A stretch of 64,000 nt of DNA from contig CAWJIM010000006.1 of the NCBI GenBank assembly GCA_963842945.1, forward strand, positions 64,001 to 128,000. The letters run 5' to 3'. A program made the position numbers and the translations under genes. Origin of the DNA: an uncultured Gemmatimonadales bacterium (GTDB taxonomy: Bacteria; Gemmatimonadota; Gemmatimonadetes; Gemmatimonadales; GWC2-71-9). Below the pieces are notes generated by a model, which was not told the DNA's origin, searched no databases, and saw only the letters and a program-made list of their open reading frames with translations. Shown here piece by piece: positions 50,620 to 64,000 of this stretch (positions are counted from its first letter, which is position 1; the number at the start of each line of letters is the position of its first letter).

Positions 50620-53601
50620 CTACCGCTCTTCCGCCGTCTCCCCCACCAGCCGGGCCAGCTCCTCCCGCACTTGCTTGACGACCCGCTGCACCCGAGGCTC
50701 CGGCCGATTCACCAGAGCCAAGTAGTGGGTGTATGCCCGCACGGCCGCTTCCCGCTCCCCGGCGGCCGCGGCCAGCCGGCCTTCCGTGCGCAAGCGAGTT
50801 GCCAGATAGGATGCGCCGCCAGGGTCGTCATATTCGAAGCGCCTCACTGCTTCGAGTGCCCGCGGCACGTCGCCCGCGGCTTCCCATAGCCGGGTCAGCA
50901 CCACGTTTAGGGGTGCGGTAGCAAACCAGCCCAGTCCCACCAGTGAGTCCGCTCGGGCGATGACCGGCCGGGTGTCCGATCGACCCCGACCGACGGCCAC
51001 CGACGCCTCGATCACGCTGGCGCAGACCTCGCTTGGAGCCCACGCAGGGACCACTTCTTCCGGGATGCCCGGCTCCCGCATCCGCGCCAATGCCCGCCGT
51101 GCGACCCCCCACTCGCTCCGCTCGGCGTACCAGAGCCCAAGCACACACAGATCGGTATTCAGCTCCGCGCGACCGATCGAGCTGCGCGCCGGCGGTCCGG
51201 TTATGGCTGGTAGGAGGCGTCGCACCGCGTTGACTGCGCTGGCACTGTCACCCTCAGCGAGAAGCGCATTCAACACGTGATTCCAGAGCACGTCGTGCGT
51301 CGTGCCGAATCCGGCGAGCGCCTCGACGTCCTCACGTGCAAGGCTCGGACGCCCCTGGTTGAGTGCCGAACCGACTAGAGTCCAGTGGGCCCCTTCGGGA
51401 TCGGCCGTCCTTTGGCCGACGGCCCGGCGCAGCGCGTCCGACGCCGGCTCCACGTCCTCTTCGCCGATCCCGCTCAGCTGCGCAAACGTCACGATGCGGG
51501 TGAGACTTCGGACGTTCGTCCGATCGAATCCGCGCCGCATCTGTGCCCGCGCCGAGTCGCTCCCCAGCACCGCGGTCAGCCGCCAGCGCACGAAATCGGA
51601 GAGCTCGGCCTCGGGGTAGCGGGCGAGGTAGAGGTCCCCCAGTCGGCGAACCTCTGCGGTGTCGCCATTCAGTACAGCGATCTCGACCAGATGGTCGAGC
51701 GGGGCCGCGAAGCTGGAGTCGAGCTCGAGGGCTCGGCGAAATGCGGCCGCTGAGCGCTGAAGCGGCCACCCGCCACCGGCGAGCGGTACCCGATGCAAGA
51801 GAACATCCGCCAGCTGATACCAGGTCTCGGGCGAGTCCCGCAACACGTCGGCTGCCCGCTCCCAACCGGCCAGCTGCTCCACAAAGGGGTAGGGGGCGGG
51901 ATACCGCGGACCGGCGAAGGCAGCGAGGAGTACGCGGTCGCGGGGGCTGAGGCGATCCCGCCTACTGGTGGCGACGCGGAGCGCGCGATTGAATGTCTCC
52001 GGGGCCTCCCAGGTACCGGCAAGCACCAACCCTAGCGCTGCGAGAGCAAAGGTCGAATCCTGTTCCAGCGCCCGGTCGAACCACTCGACTGCTTCACCGT
52101 AGCCTCCTCGCCGGTATGCCGCTTGGCCCTGGAGGTAGGCTCGAAGCGCCGGAAGCGAAGTGCTGGTGAGCTCGGCCACTCGTCCGGTTGCCACGCCGGC
52201 CTCGCGCGCGAGAAGCTGGCTGGCGAGCCGGTCGATCAGGACCCCCAGACTGTCGGATTTCCCCGCAACGCTCGCAGCCGCGCGGGCGCCTCCACCCGGC
52301 ACCTCCAGCAGCGACGCGTTGATCACCAGCCGGTCTTGGGTGCCGACGATCCCGCCGAGCAGGAGCCGGCCGGCGCCGAGCTGGCGCGCAAGAAGCAGGG
52401 CTGAGTCCTGTGGCAGATCATCGTGCTCGTCCCCAACCTGGCGGCGCCAGATGCTCATGACGGAGCGGGCGTCTGTCGCCCGAGGCCCGCCATCTCCGGT
52501 GAGCTGGGCACCGAGCAGGTCCAGCATCCCCTCGCGCAGGTAGGCGAGTGATGCGTCGGCCCCCGCAATCCGGAAAGGCACCACGGCGACCAGATTGGGA
52601 TCGAGCGGCTTTGCACCTGTGGCCCGGGGCCAGAACAGCACCAGTCCGGCGAGCAGGAGCACCCCTACACCGATCGCAGCCTTCGATAACTCGCGACTCG
52701 AGACCCGCGACTTTCCCGCGAGTCGCGACTTCCCCGCCGGCTCGGGGGCGACGAGTGGCACAGCCTTCGTGGTCGAGATCGACTCCAGTTTGCCCAGCAG
52801 CGCCGCAGCTGTCGGCGGCCGATCGGCGGGATTCTTCTCCAGGCAGCGCATCACCAGCGCGGCAAGGTGGGGTGACACCGAAGGTCGCCGCTTCGAGATC
52901 GGCTCCGGCGTTGCGGTGGCGTGAGCGGCGAGCAACGCGTAGTGCGGCCTCCCTGTGAAGGGCGGGTCGCCGGCCAACATCTCGTAGAGGACGCAGCCGA
53001 GGGCGTACACATCGGTCCGGCCATCCACCGCGCTCCCGGTGGCTTGCTCGGGGCTCATGTATGCGGGTGTACCCAGCGCGAGTCCGGTCTCGGTCAACTC
53101 TTCCGCGCCGAGCGTGAGTGCTTTGGCCACCCCGAAATCCGCCACCCGCGCCTGGCCCTCACTGAGCAGGATGTTCTCCGGCTTGAGGTCCCGGTGCACG
53201 ACGCCTTCGCGGTGGGCGTAGTCGAGGGCCGACGCCACTTGGCGGGTGATCTCCAGTGCCAGCTCCACCGGCAACTGGGTCTCGTGCCGCAATCGGTCGC
53301 GCAGCGACTCGCCGCGCACATACGGCATCGTGTACCAGAGCTGGCCCGCGGCGCTGCCGGAATCGAGAACGGGGAGGATGTGCGGGTGATCCAGTCGGGC
53401 GGTCAGGCGGATCTCGCGTTGGAACCGCTCGGGGCCGAGCGTCGCCGCAATTTCCGGGTGCAGCACCTTGAGCGCGACGGGTCGGTCGTGCTTGAGGTCG
53501 CGCGCCAGGTACACGGTCGCCATGCCACCGCGGCCGAGCTCGCCCTCGATCTCGTAGTGATCACGGAGTGCGTCGGCCACTGCGGAATTGCCTGCGGCCA
53601 C
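50620..53601 (-). CDS. Hanks-type Ser/Thr kinase with TM and TPR-like region
   Basis: Intact 993 aa; HRDLKPEN, DFG, GTPAYMSPE, VAVVPF. Confidence 0.92.
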   Translation of the reverse strand: MAAGNSAVADALRDHYEIEGELGRGGMATVYLARDLKHDRPVALKVLHPEIAATLGPERFQREIRLTARLDHPHILPVLDSGSAAGQLWYTMPYVRGESLRDRLRHETQLPVELALEITRQVASALDYAHREGVVHRDLKPENILLSEGQARVADFGVAKALTLGAEELTETGLALGTPAYMSPEQATGSAVDGRTDVYALGCVLYEMLAGDPPFTGRPHYALLAAHATATPEPISKRRPSVSPHLAALVMRCLEKNPADRPPTAAALLGKLESISTTKAVPLVAPEPAGKSRLAGKSRVSSRELSKAAIGVGVLLLAGLVLFWPRATGAKPLDPNLVAVVPFRIAGADASLAYLREGMLDLLGAQLTGDGGPRATDARSVMSIWRRQVGDEHDDLPQDSALLLARQLGAGRLLLGGIVGTQDRLVINASLLEVPGGGARAAASVAGKSDSLGVLIDRLASQLLAREAGVATGRVAELTSTSLPALRAYLQGQAAYRRGGYGEAVEWFDRALEQDSTFALAALGLVLAGTWEAPETFNRALRVATSRRDRLSPRDRVLLAAFAGPRYPAPYPFVEQLAGWERAADVLRDSPETWYQLADVLLHRVPLAGGGWPLQRSAAAFRRALELDSSFAAPLDHLVEIAVLNGDTAEVRRLGDLYLARYPEAELSDFVRWRLTAVLGSDSARAQMRRGFDRTNVRSLTRIVTFAQLSGIGEEDVEPASDALRRAVGQRTADPEGAHWTLVGSALNQGRPSLAREDVEALAGFGTTHDVLWNHVLNALLAEGDSASAVNAVRRLLPAITGPPARSSIGRAELNTDLCVLGLWYAERSEWGVARRALARMREPGIPEEVVPAWAPSEVCASVIEASVAVGRGRSDTRPVIARADSLVGLGWFATAPLNVVLTRLWEAAGDVPRALEAVRRFEYDDPGGASYLATRLRTEGRLAAAAGEREAAVRAYTHYLALVNRPEPRVQRVVKQVREELARLVGETAEER

Positions 53602-53739
53602 GGGAATTGCCGGATGGGGAAGGGCTTGAATCTGACCCGAGGAGCGGGGGAATGCCAGGCGATACGCCCTCCCGCTCGGCTAGGGCCAGCCAGCTCGAAG
53701 GGTTCGGCTGGTCAATACTTGAACCAGTCCCACAGCAAC

Positions 53740-56283
<2,544 letters not shown>

Positions 56284-56308
56284 CCCCAGTGCTGATGAAA
56301 GGAGGGTG

Positions 56309-56869
56309 TCAAGGCTCCTGCATGGCGCGATGCAGCAGCAGTCGGGCCTTGCGCCAGTCCCGCTGCACCGTACGCTCCGACACTCGCCGCAGCTCGGCCA
56401 CCTCGGCGAACGAAAAGCCGCAGAAGAAGTGCAGGTCCACCAGTTGGGCCAGCCCGGGATCCGCTCCGGCGAGCGTGTCGAGCGCGCTACCGAGCTGCTC
56501 GAGGTTGTCAGAGGGAGCTCCGTCGAGGGCCGCCACTTCCGCGCCCGACGAAGTGATGTAGAACTCGCCACCCCGCTTCTTGGCCCGGCGGCTGCGGGCG
56601 TAGTCGATCATCAGTCCCCGCATCGCCCGGGCCGCATAAGTCAGGAACTGCGGCCGGCTGGCAAAGTGGACTCCTTCTCGCTCGGCGATGTTGAGGTAGG
56701 CTTCGTGCAGGAGGGTGGTCGTGCCGAGGGTGAGCTCGGCGCCGCTGCGATGAAGCTCGCGCTCGGCGATCGCGTGCAGCTCGCGATAGAGTACCGCGAA
56801 CAGCGCGCTCGCCGCCGCTCCGTCACCGGTTTCGGCAGTGGAGATGAGCTGGCCGATGGGCGCGTCCAT
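56309..56869 (-). CDS. ECF-type sigma factor (TIGR02999 / kinase-associated type)
   Basis: LYRELHAIA, TLGTTTLLHEAYL, AARAMR, A.KRGG, ERTVQRDW..AR. Confidence 0.9.
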   Translation of the reverse strand: MDAPIGQLISTAETGDGAAASALFAVLYRELHAIAERELHRSGAELTLGTTTLLHEAYLNIAEREGVHFASRPQFLTYAARAMRGLMIDYARSRRAKKRGGEFYITSSGAEVAALDGAPSDNLEQLGSALDTLAGADPGLAQLVDLHFFCGFSFAEVAELRRVSERTVQRDWRKARLLLHRAMQEP

Positions 56870-56997
56870 GCCCGCTTGCTCCCCGAACCACGATTGTGTC
56901 CGGAGAACTTACGGTTCTCCCGCGAGAGCGTCAAACAGGCTGCACTACGCAGTCGACACCGGTAACGGATCGCGGTCGCGAGAATGGCCTCTGTGGT

Positions 56998-57060
56998 ATC
57001 GGCGACTCGTGGAGGAAGCGAGGAACGCAGTTGTCCGGCTGACAGACCGAGGCGATTAGG
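56998..57060 (+). repeat. 63-bp direct repeat, copy 2
   Basis: Duplicate of the last codons and stop of the 47633-50616 kinase. Confidence 0.92.
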
Positions 57061-57062
57061 GC

Positions 57063-57789
57063 TTACGCTATGTCAGCCCCTACCTCGCCCGCGTTTTTAG
57101 CAGCTTCGGCAATGAGATCGACTACGGCTTCAGGGCGGGAAACGTAGACTGCGTGACTGCCGGGCACTTCCACGACGGTCGAACCAGCGCGCTGGGACAT
57201 GGCGCGCTGTGCCGGCGGAGGTATCATGCGATCGTCCTTAGCGACCAAATACCAGCTTGGCTTGGACTTCCAGGCCGGCTCGCTGATCGCGCCCTGAAGC
57301 GCCTCTAACCCCCACGGCACTTGAGCGTCGGCCATGAACGCGGCGAGCTCGGGGTCGACATCGGCAGCGAAGGAAGCAGCGAACTTCGCCTTGTCGAGTA
57401 GAAGGAAACCGTCTCGAGGTGGCAGGATAGGAGGCACCGGTGCTCCAGCCGGCGGGTCCTTGATCAACGAAGCCACCGACTCGCCAGCGTCCGGCGCGAA
57501 CGCGGCAATGTAGACCAGTCCTGCGACGCTGGGATCATTGCCGGCTTCCGTTACGACCACTCCACCGTACGAATGGCCAACCAGGATGACGGGGCCCTTC
57601 TGCTGCGACAGCACCCACCGGGTCGCCCTGACGTCGTCCGCCAGGGATGTAGTCGGATTCTGAACTATGCTGACGGTGAACCCTTGCTGAGCGCAGTTGC
57701 CGGTAAACTCCTTCCCAACCGGACCCGTCCACGAACCCTCCGTGAACCAGCACGATGTTCCTGATGGTACCGGCAGCTTGATCCGACAT
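57063..57789 (-). CDS. Alpha/beta hydrolase (frameshifted near 57620-57690)
   Basis: VLVHGGFVDGSGW, GHSYGG, YIAAFAPD, DRMIPP, SHA. Confidence 0.85.
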
Positions 57790-57853
57790 AGATGAACCTC
57801 ACAAAAGGATGGCGACGGCCTACCGGCCGCCGCCCTGCGCGCAATAGCCGGTG

Positions 57854-58385
57854 CTAGTCCTCTTTGATGTCTACTTCAATGATCTCAGGAGTTCCCTGCC
57901 CACCCATCCCCAGGGTATGCTCCATCTCCGAGACGTTCGGCTTCGGCGAAATGAGGAGCACCGCGGATTCGCCGGGGTTCAACATGCCCGACCACCTTCT
58001 TTAAGTCCTTCTCCGACAAGCGGCTGGCGGGCCCGCTCTTGGGCGCGTAGGCCTTCGCCGAATCTTCCGCATTCGCCGGCAACGCGCTCAGCCTTGCGAT
58101 TGAGGTGTCGATGGTCTCGCTGGCTACCATTGCCCTGTCGGAGCCGCCGGCCTTATTGTGCCGCTGCGTGACCTCCACCTTGCCGGTCTTGTCCTTAACG
58201 AGGACGGCGTAGGCTTCGACCAAGTCATAGGTCTTCTTGTTCATGTTCCGCATTATGGTCGCCGCCGACCCTGGGTCTCCCCAGACGGCGTAGACCATCT
58301 TGAGGTCTTGGGCCAGTACCGCACGGGGGCCGGCGACCAGCATAAACGCGGTAAGTGACAGGTACCACGCGCGATAGGTTCTCAT
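57854..58385 (-). CDS. Secreted hypothetical protein, DUF1269-like (frameshift near 57990)
   Basis: GGAGG RBS; paralog of 37054-37570. Confidence 0.7.
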
Positions 58386-58488
58386 GCCCTCCTCCAAAGA
58401 CTCAGTTGAAATGGGAGACCGAGTGGCCGGCTCACCCAATCTAGGGAGAAGGAGCTGGTCCGGCACCTCGATGTTAGTGTAGGTCCAA

Positions 58489-59820
58489 TTACCGAAACCG
58501 CGCTGACTCGAACTCCTTGGTGAGCCGATGCGGGGGGGCTTTCGGTAGCAACAGCGCTCCGACAAACGTCACCGCAGCGGCTCCGGTCAGATACAGCGCC
58601 GGCGCTAGGGGCAGCCCACTCCGGGAGACCATCCAGGCCGCGACCAGCGGAGTGGTCCCCCCGAGCACCGCCATCCCGATGTTGTACGCGACCGAAAGCA
58701 CGGTGCAGCGCACCCGCCAGGGCGCCAGCTCGGCCATGGTGGCGGGCAACAGCCCGGCGTTTCCCGAAACCAGCAGGGCCAGCCCGGTTTGGCCCACGAG
58801 CATTCCGCCTGTCTTGCCCTGCGCCATGAGCACCATGAGCGGATACGCCAGCAGCGTAAACGCTGCGGCCGTCAGCAGGAATACGGGGCGCCGCCCCCAT
58901 CGATCGCTTGCCAGCCCCGACAGGGGAAGCGCGAAAAGCGATAGTGCCATGGCCAGAGTGTTGATCTCGAGCGCGGTGCTGGACGGCACCCCGGTAACCT
59001 GGTGCAGCCAGGTAGGCGCGTACACGAAGGTGGTGTAGAAGCCGACGCTGATGGCGGAGACCAGCGCGACGAGGTGCAGCATCGTCCGCCAGTGGCTCCG
59101 GAACGCTTCGCCCAGAGGCGACTTGGCCGGCGCCTGGTGGGGCACCCGTTCGATGTAATGCCTTCGGATCGCGAGTCCCCCCAGCCCGACGCCGAGTCCG
59201 AGGATGAACGGGATGCGCCAGCCGTACGCCATCACCGCTGCGGGCGACATGGTGGCATTCACGATCGCGCCGGCCGCCGAGCCCAGCAGAACCCCTGTCG
59301 TCGCGCCGATCGGGCCCCAGCTTCCCATCCATCCCCGTCGCCCTGGATCGGCGCCCTCGACCAGGAACACGGCCGAGGCCATGTACTCGCCACCCACGGC
59401 GAGGCCCTGGAGAAGCCGGAACACCAGGAGCAGGATGGGCGCCGCGAGCCCGATGGTCGTCGTGCTCGGCAGGACTCCGATCAGGAAGGAAGGGATCGCC
59501 ATAGCCAATACCGACCAGATCAGCGCCTGCTTGCGGCCGTACCGGTCGCCGACCAAGCCAAACAGGGCCCCACCAACGGGTCGCATGAAAAACCCGGCGG
59601 CAAAGGTGCCGAAGGCAGCGAGGAGGGAAGCGGTGGGGTTATCGGCCGGGAAGAAGTGAGCCCCAATCTGCTGGGCGAAGAAACCGAAGAGAGCGAAGTC
59701 GTACCACTCGAGGATGTTGCCCACGACCCCTGCGATGACTCCCCGGCGGACTGCGAGGGGGGTGCGGAACTCCTGCGTGATCACATCGGGCGGAGTGATC
59801 GAGGGTTCGATGACAGTCAT
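58489..59820 (-). CDS. MFS transporter, metabolite:H+ symporter (ProP-like)
   Basis: GNILEWYDF, MRPVGG, GDRYGRK, RLLQGLAVGGE, WRIPF, SDRWGRRP. Confidence 0.92.
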   Translation of the reverse strand: MTVIEPSITPPDVITQEFRTPLAVRRGVIAGVVGNILEWYDFALFGFFAQQIGAHFFPADNPTASLLAAFGTFAAGFFMRPVGGALFGLVGDRYGRKQALIWSVLAMAIPSFLIGVLPSTTTIGLAAPILLLVFRLLQGLAVGGEYMASAVFLVEGADPGRRGWMGSWGPIGATTGVLLGSAAGAIVNATMSPAAVMAYGWRIPFILGLGVGLGGLAIRRHYIERVPHQAPAKSPLGEAFRSHWRTMLHLVALVSAISVGFYTTFVYAPTWLHQVTGVPSSTALEINTLAMALSLFALPLSGLASDRWGRRPVFLLTAAAFTLLAYPLMVLMAQGKTGGMLVGQTGLALLVSGNAGLLPATMAELAPWRVRCTVLSVAYNIGMAVLGGTTPLVAAWMVSRSGLPLAPALYLTGAAAVTFVGALLLPKAPPHRLTKEFESARFR

Positions 59821-60127
59821 GGCTACGGTCCCGCGAGGATGAAGGAGAACTGAGCGACCGCCTCGCTCGTACCAAAGTCCAGTATCTGACCCTCAGTCTC
59901 GCCACCATCTTGCTTTTTCGCCAGGATGTTCAGGCTTCGGCCTGCGGTTAGTCTCGATCACCAGAATGTGATACGTGAACGCCCCGCCTTCTTGAGACCA
60001 GGCTACCAAGAGCATCAGCGCAGATCCAGCGAATGGTCCAGCGGGTGCGGGATCGTCACATAGAGCCGGGCCGTCGTGGCGGCCCCACATAGCCATGATG
60101 TGCAATCATTCTTAAGGAGACGGAGCA

Positions 60128-60892
60128 ATGGCCGGGAGAAGCGCAGCGCCAGGGCCGGCTGAGCCTAAGGTGGCCAACAGTCGCCAACATCGGAGGAAGC
60201 CCGAGAACGGGTCTGAGACCACGGCGAACCACAGGAAAACCGAGAAGGACGTCGATAAGCTGATCCACTGTCTGGCCGAATGGACTGAGGATGTGCGAAC
60301 AGCACGCTCCGCCGCCCCAGAAGCACCCCTGCGCAAAAGGCATCCCCCCTCCCACGGGCGAAGGGTTGTCCCTACCGTGTCACTGGCTCGGTTCTATCCG
60401 CGGGGGGATCCCCTCACTCAATCCATGGAATTCAAGGATCGGGACGGAGCGGTTTGGCTGGCGTACGTCGAGGGCGCTCCAGGGACTCCACGGCGGCAAC
60501 GGGGACGGGTACGCGGCACCACTCTACCGGAACGCCACCTCCGCTTTGACTCGGCAACCGAGTCGCTATTCACGTCCGTTGTGCCCGCGGGCTCGCCGTT
60601 CCTGGCGGAAGCCCGGCTCCAATGCCTCTTGGACGAAGCCCGATCCGACCCACCCCTGGCCTCGACCAACCGCCCGCCGGCGCCAGCCATCTGGTATCGG
60701 CGGATTGAGTGGCCCACTCGGGCCGTTGAATCGGGTCGTGAGGAGATAGCGGGCTGGGCCCGACGGTGGCAGCAGACAGCGAGTCGCAGGGAGGCACTGC
60801 GCCACCACTTCGTCGAGCTGCTGTCCGGAGCCGCCAACACGATGCACGGGATGCTCGAGGTCCTCCTGGGCCAGCGGCCGGCTCGGCCGTAG
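60128..60892 (+). CDS. Hypothetical protein, possibly two genes (second start ATG 60425)
   Basis: AAGGAG before ATG 60128; the MEFKDRDGAVW...HLRFDSATE segment looks protein-like. Confidence 0.4.
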   Translation: MAGRSAAPGPAEPKVANSRQHRRKPENGSETTANHRKTEKDVDKLIHCLAEWTEDVRTARSAAPEAPLRKRHPPSHGRRVVPTVSLARFYPRGDPLTQSMEFKDRDGAVWLAYVEGAPGTPRRQRGRVRGTTLPERHLRFDSATESLFTSVVPAGSPFLAEARLQCLLDEARSDPPLASTNRPPAPAIWYRRIEWPTRAVESGREEIAGWARRWQQTASRREALRHHFVELLSGAANTMHGMLEVLLGQRPARP

Positions 60893-61182
60893 GCCGGCCG
60901 TCCGCCCGGCGCAAACCAGCCCAGCTCAGGAGTTGCCGCCGGAAGATGAGACCCAAACAAAATGGCTCCCGCGATCGCGGGAGCCATCGGCTCATGCATC
61001 AGTTCCGTTCCCAGGCAACCTCACACCCGCACCACGTTCTTTCCCACGCTCCGCCTGAGCTGCGCCGTCGCATATTTCCCCCGTATGGGATGCCTGAGCT
61101 AAAAAGATTGCAGGGCACTCGAGTCCGGCGAGAGACTCATCCGTAGAAACCTTGGCCTTCCGGGACCCTGGAGGATGCTGAA

Positions 61183-62748
61183 ATGACGTATGCGGCCCCG
61201 TCGAGATCCAACTCCCGTATGGTGGCGCTTTGCCTGTCGGTGGCCACTCTGTTGTACGCCAGGCAGATAGCCATGTGGGCCGTGCCTCGAAACCGGTTCT
61301 ACACCCTCTGGCAGCGGACAGACACGTTGGTACTCTGCGTCAGTCTCCTGGGAATGGCGTTGTTGCTTTATCTCGCCGCCTGGATGGTGCTGCGAGCCTT
61401 TCGGGGCGGAAGAGTCCTACGCTGGCTCACCATCATTCTCCTAGCTGACATCCTCATCGGCTACGCCGGTGGGGGGAGGGCCAGCCGTCACGTCGCCGCG
61501 TTCACCGCGGCCTGGGCAGGCGTGGCGGGCGTCGGGCTCTATGCCGCGTCCCGCCCGGGCTCACGGCTGCTCGAGCGGGGCACAACCATCCTGGCCGCCC
61601 TGGCGTGGCTCGCGCCGATCTGCCTGTTGCAGATGCTGCTCTGGAAACCATGGGATGTGCGGACGACTATCGAACGGAGCGCACCAGGTCAGACGACAGG
61701 CACCCGGATACCGGTCTTCCTCTTCGTGTTTGACGAGTGGTCGTTTCAGCGTAGCTATGACCACAACGAGCTACAGCCGTTCTTTCGAAATCTCCGGAAG
61801 CTGGCCAGCCACTCTCTCGAGTTCACCAATGCCCACTCGCTTGCCGGATCGACCAACCCTTCCATACCCCGCTTGATCTTCCAGCGCGATGGCGTGCTGA
61901 TACCGAAGAACGGTGTTGCCCTGTGGAGGCAAGGAGATACGACCCTGCCCTCCGCCAAGCTGCCTAGCATCTTCGCCGCCGCCCGAGAGCGCGGCTACCA
62001 CACTTCACTTATCGGGTTCTACTTTCCCTACCGCGCGCTCCTGGGCGATCAAGTGGACCATATCGTCCATCAGTCCTACGACTCCAAAGGTCTGCGGTTG
62101 GGGCAACGGCTGCTGTTGTTCAGCGCCTGGAATCTTTATTTCCTGGCCGATCCCCTGAGCCAGCTCCTCTGGAAGACCTGGAACACCCCCCGGGTGAGCG
62201 AGAACTGGGTGGACATCAATCAGGCCTGGCGCGGCTTCGTCCGCGAGCTCGTGCGGGGCTCCGATGCGAACACCTTCGCCATGGTACACTGGCCATTGCC
62301 CCACGGGCCCTTCGTCCTGAACGAGGACGGCACTTATCACGGGCCATTCAAGGTGAGCCGGGTGGAGGGCACACCGGAGGAGTACCGGCGGCATCTCGCT
62401 TTTCTGGATCGGGTATTAGGCGAGGCGATTGCGGAGCTGGATTCAGCCGGCCTGCTGGATCGTGCGCTCGTGATCGTGACCTCCGACCACTCCTGGAAGA
62501 CCGAAACCGACTCGGCGCTGTGGTCCGCTCCGGAGGCCAGGACCTGGGTGCCGCTCATCGTGAAGCTGCCGCACCAGACCACCGGCCTCCGGGTGCCGGA
62601 GCGGTTCTGTTTGGGCCAACTGGATGCGCTGCTGCAGCGGGTGATGGATACAACGCTGACCGAGCGGAGCGCGGCTGAGGAAGTCAGAACGCTACCGTCG
62701 AGCAGCCCGTGCATCCCACCCCGAGTCCGGCACCGGCAGCACCACTGA
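61183..62748 (+). CDS. Membrane-anchored sulfatase-like / alkaline-phosphatase-superfamily protein
   Basis: GGAGG RBS; several N-terminal TM helices; VFDE, ST..SIP, LPHGPF, VTSDH, VPLIVK. Confidence 0.78.
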   Translation: MTYAAPSRSNSRMVALCLSVATLLYARQIAMWAVPRNRFYTLWQRTDTLVLCVSLLGMALLLYLAAWMVLRAFRGGRVLRWLTIILLADILIGYAGGGRASRHVAAFTAAWAGVAGVGLYAASRPGSRLLERGTTILAALAWLAPICLLQMLLWKPWDVRTTIERSAPGQTTGTRIPVFLFVFDEWSFQRSYDHNELQPFFRNLRKLASHSLEFTNAHSLAGSTNPSIPRLIFQRDGVLIPKNGVALWRQGDTTLPSAKLPSIFAAARERGYHTSLIGFYFPYRALLGDQVDHIVHQSYDSKGLRLGQRLLLFSAWNLYFLADPLSQLLWKTWNTPRVSENWVDINQAWRGFVRELVRGSDANTFAMVHWPLPHGPFVLNEDGTYHGPFKVSRVEGTPEEYRRHLAFLDRVLGEAIAELDSAGLLDRALVIVTSDHSWKTETDSALWSAPEARTWVPLIVKLPHQTTGLRVPERFCLGQLDALLQRVMDTTLTERSAAEEVRTLPSSSPCIPPRVRHRQHH

Positions 62749-62821
62749 ACAAACGCGCGAGACAGCCTTACGGTCGAACGGAAATTCTGCCTCTTCCGGA
62801 CAGTCACAGTGACCCGGCGGC

Positions 62822-63985
62822 CTACAATATTTCCGGAACAGGATTCAGCTCCCCCTCCTGAAACCGGCTGGGTCGGAGAGGACGGACGTCCATCGTCGAG
62901 GCCGCGCCGTCGCTTATTACCTCCGCCAGGAGCTGGCCCAGGGCCGGCGCATGCATCACTCCGTGCCCCGAGCAGCCATTCAACAGGAACAGGTTGGGGC
63001 AGCCCGGGGCGGCGCCGAGGATGGCGTGCTTGTCGGGCGAGACCTCGTAGAGTCCGGCCCAGCAGGCGTCTCGGTCGATAGTCGCGCGACGCAGGACCGG
63101 CACCCGCCGGTGTGCCTTTTCGACCACCGCCTCGATCCACTCACCGTCCACGCCAGTATCGAATGGTCGTCCCGGCACGCCGGGCGTGGGCCAGAGCAGC
63201 AGAATCCGCCCGTCCCGCACCCGCAGATGAAAGCCGTCGGCCGTGAAGATGGTCATCGGCATGGTGTCGGGCAGGAGGTCGGTCGGTGCGGTTGCGGCCA
63301 CCTGTCGCCGGAGCGGGGCGACCGGCAGATCGAGACCGGTCCACTGCGCCACCTGGGCGGCCCACGGGCCGGCTGCGTTTACCACTGCCTCCGGGGAAAC
63401 CGGACCCCGGGAGGTCTCCACGACGGCAATGCGATTGCTCTCCGCGAGCCTGAGCCCGGTGACCTCGACCTGCCATTCCAGCTCCGCCCCCAGCCTCCGG
63501 GCCGCGGCGAGATACCCTTCAACGATGCCCAGGGGACGGATGAAACCGTCGCTGGGGCAGAACGCTCCCCCGATTACCTCATCGAGAGCGACTGCGGGAT
63601 TGAGCCGCACAATCTCCTCCGGCCCCACCTCGACCGCCTCGGTCAGGCCCTCCTGGTGCTGAACTCTCCGCGCTGCCCGGAGTACCTCGAGCTCGCTGGC
63701 CGTGGAAGCGAGCCAGAGGTACCCCGCCGGAAGGTATCCCGCATTCCCACCCGTCTCCTCGGTAAAGCAGCGGAGCTTGTCGCGGGAGAGCAGCGACAGC
63801 CGCACATTGATCGGCGTGGCGTATTGGGCGCGGAACCCGCCGGTCGCCTTGCCGGTGCTGCCCTGCCCGGGGCCGTGGGAGCGGTCGAGCACCAGGATGT
63901 CGCGCCAGCCTCGGCGCGCGAGGTGATATGCCACGCTCGCGCCGATCACGCCGGCACCGATGATGACGACCGAGGCCGTCCTCAT
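62822..63985 (-). CDS. FAD-dependent oxidoreductase (sarcosine oxidase beta / DAO family)
   Basis: IGAGVIG, GSTGKATGG, NAAGPW, WAGLY..SPD, GCSGHG. Confidence 0.9.
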   Translation of the reverse strand: MRTASVVIIGAGVIGASVAYHLARRGWRDILVLDRSHGPGQGSTGKATGGFRAQYATPINVRLSLLSRDKLRCFTEETGGNAGYLPAGYLWLASTASELEVLRAARRVQHQEGLTEAVEVGPEEIVRLNPAVALDEVIGGAFCPSDGFIRPLGIVEGYLAAARRLGAELEWQVEVTGLRLAESNRIAVVETSRGPVSPEAVVNAAGPWAAQVAQWTGLDLPVAPLRRQVAATAPTDLLPDTMPMTIFTADGFHLRVRDGRILLLWPTPGVPGRPFDTGVDGEWIEAVVEKAHRRVPVLRRATIDRDACWAGLYEVSPDKHAILGAAPGCPNLFLLNGCSGHGVMHAPALGQLLAEVISDGAASTMDVRPLRPSRFQEGELNPVPEIL

Positions 63986-64000
63986 GCGGTGAAGACGTGC

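Noticed and set aside
52691..52738. Short GKSR tandem/palindromic repeat in the kinase 2 linker
   Set aside because: Only two short units in a low-complexity linker; no evidence of function.

Overview
A GC-rich bacterial window with about 60 genes. It is most consistent with Gemmatimonadota, inferred from the LGRGGMAxVYLARDLKHDRxVALK-type Ser/Thr kinases, DUF5916, DUF4142 and the many lipoproteins. There is no rRNA, tRNA, CRISPR array, transposase or integrase. About 18 otherwise normal genes carry small frameshifts, which looks like long-read indel error rather than real pseudogenes. Content includes amino-acid and sugar catabolism, redox genes, an ECF42/YciI locus, a loose alkylation/excision-repair cluster (AlkB-like, flap endonuclease, DUF2086, Ogt, LigC, Prim-PolC-like), envelope proteins, and three Hanks kinases with a phosphorylation-type ECF sigma. 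The strongest unexplained signal is a ~360-nt, densely base-paired, apparently non-coding minus-strand unit at about 17147-17510, with a TTGACA element upstream and an intrinsic terminator downstream. It matches no RNA family I recognise. Other notable items: a 63-bp direct repeat bracketing the kinase/ECF block, REP-like and heptamer repeats inside coding sequences, two secreted DUF1269-like paralogs sharing a conserved leader, structured leaders, and a sphingolipid Delta4-desaturase-like gene. All family assignments come from motif recognition by eye; no database search was run.
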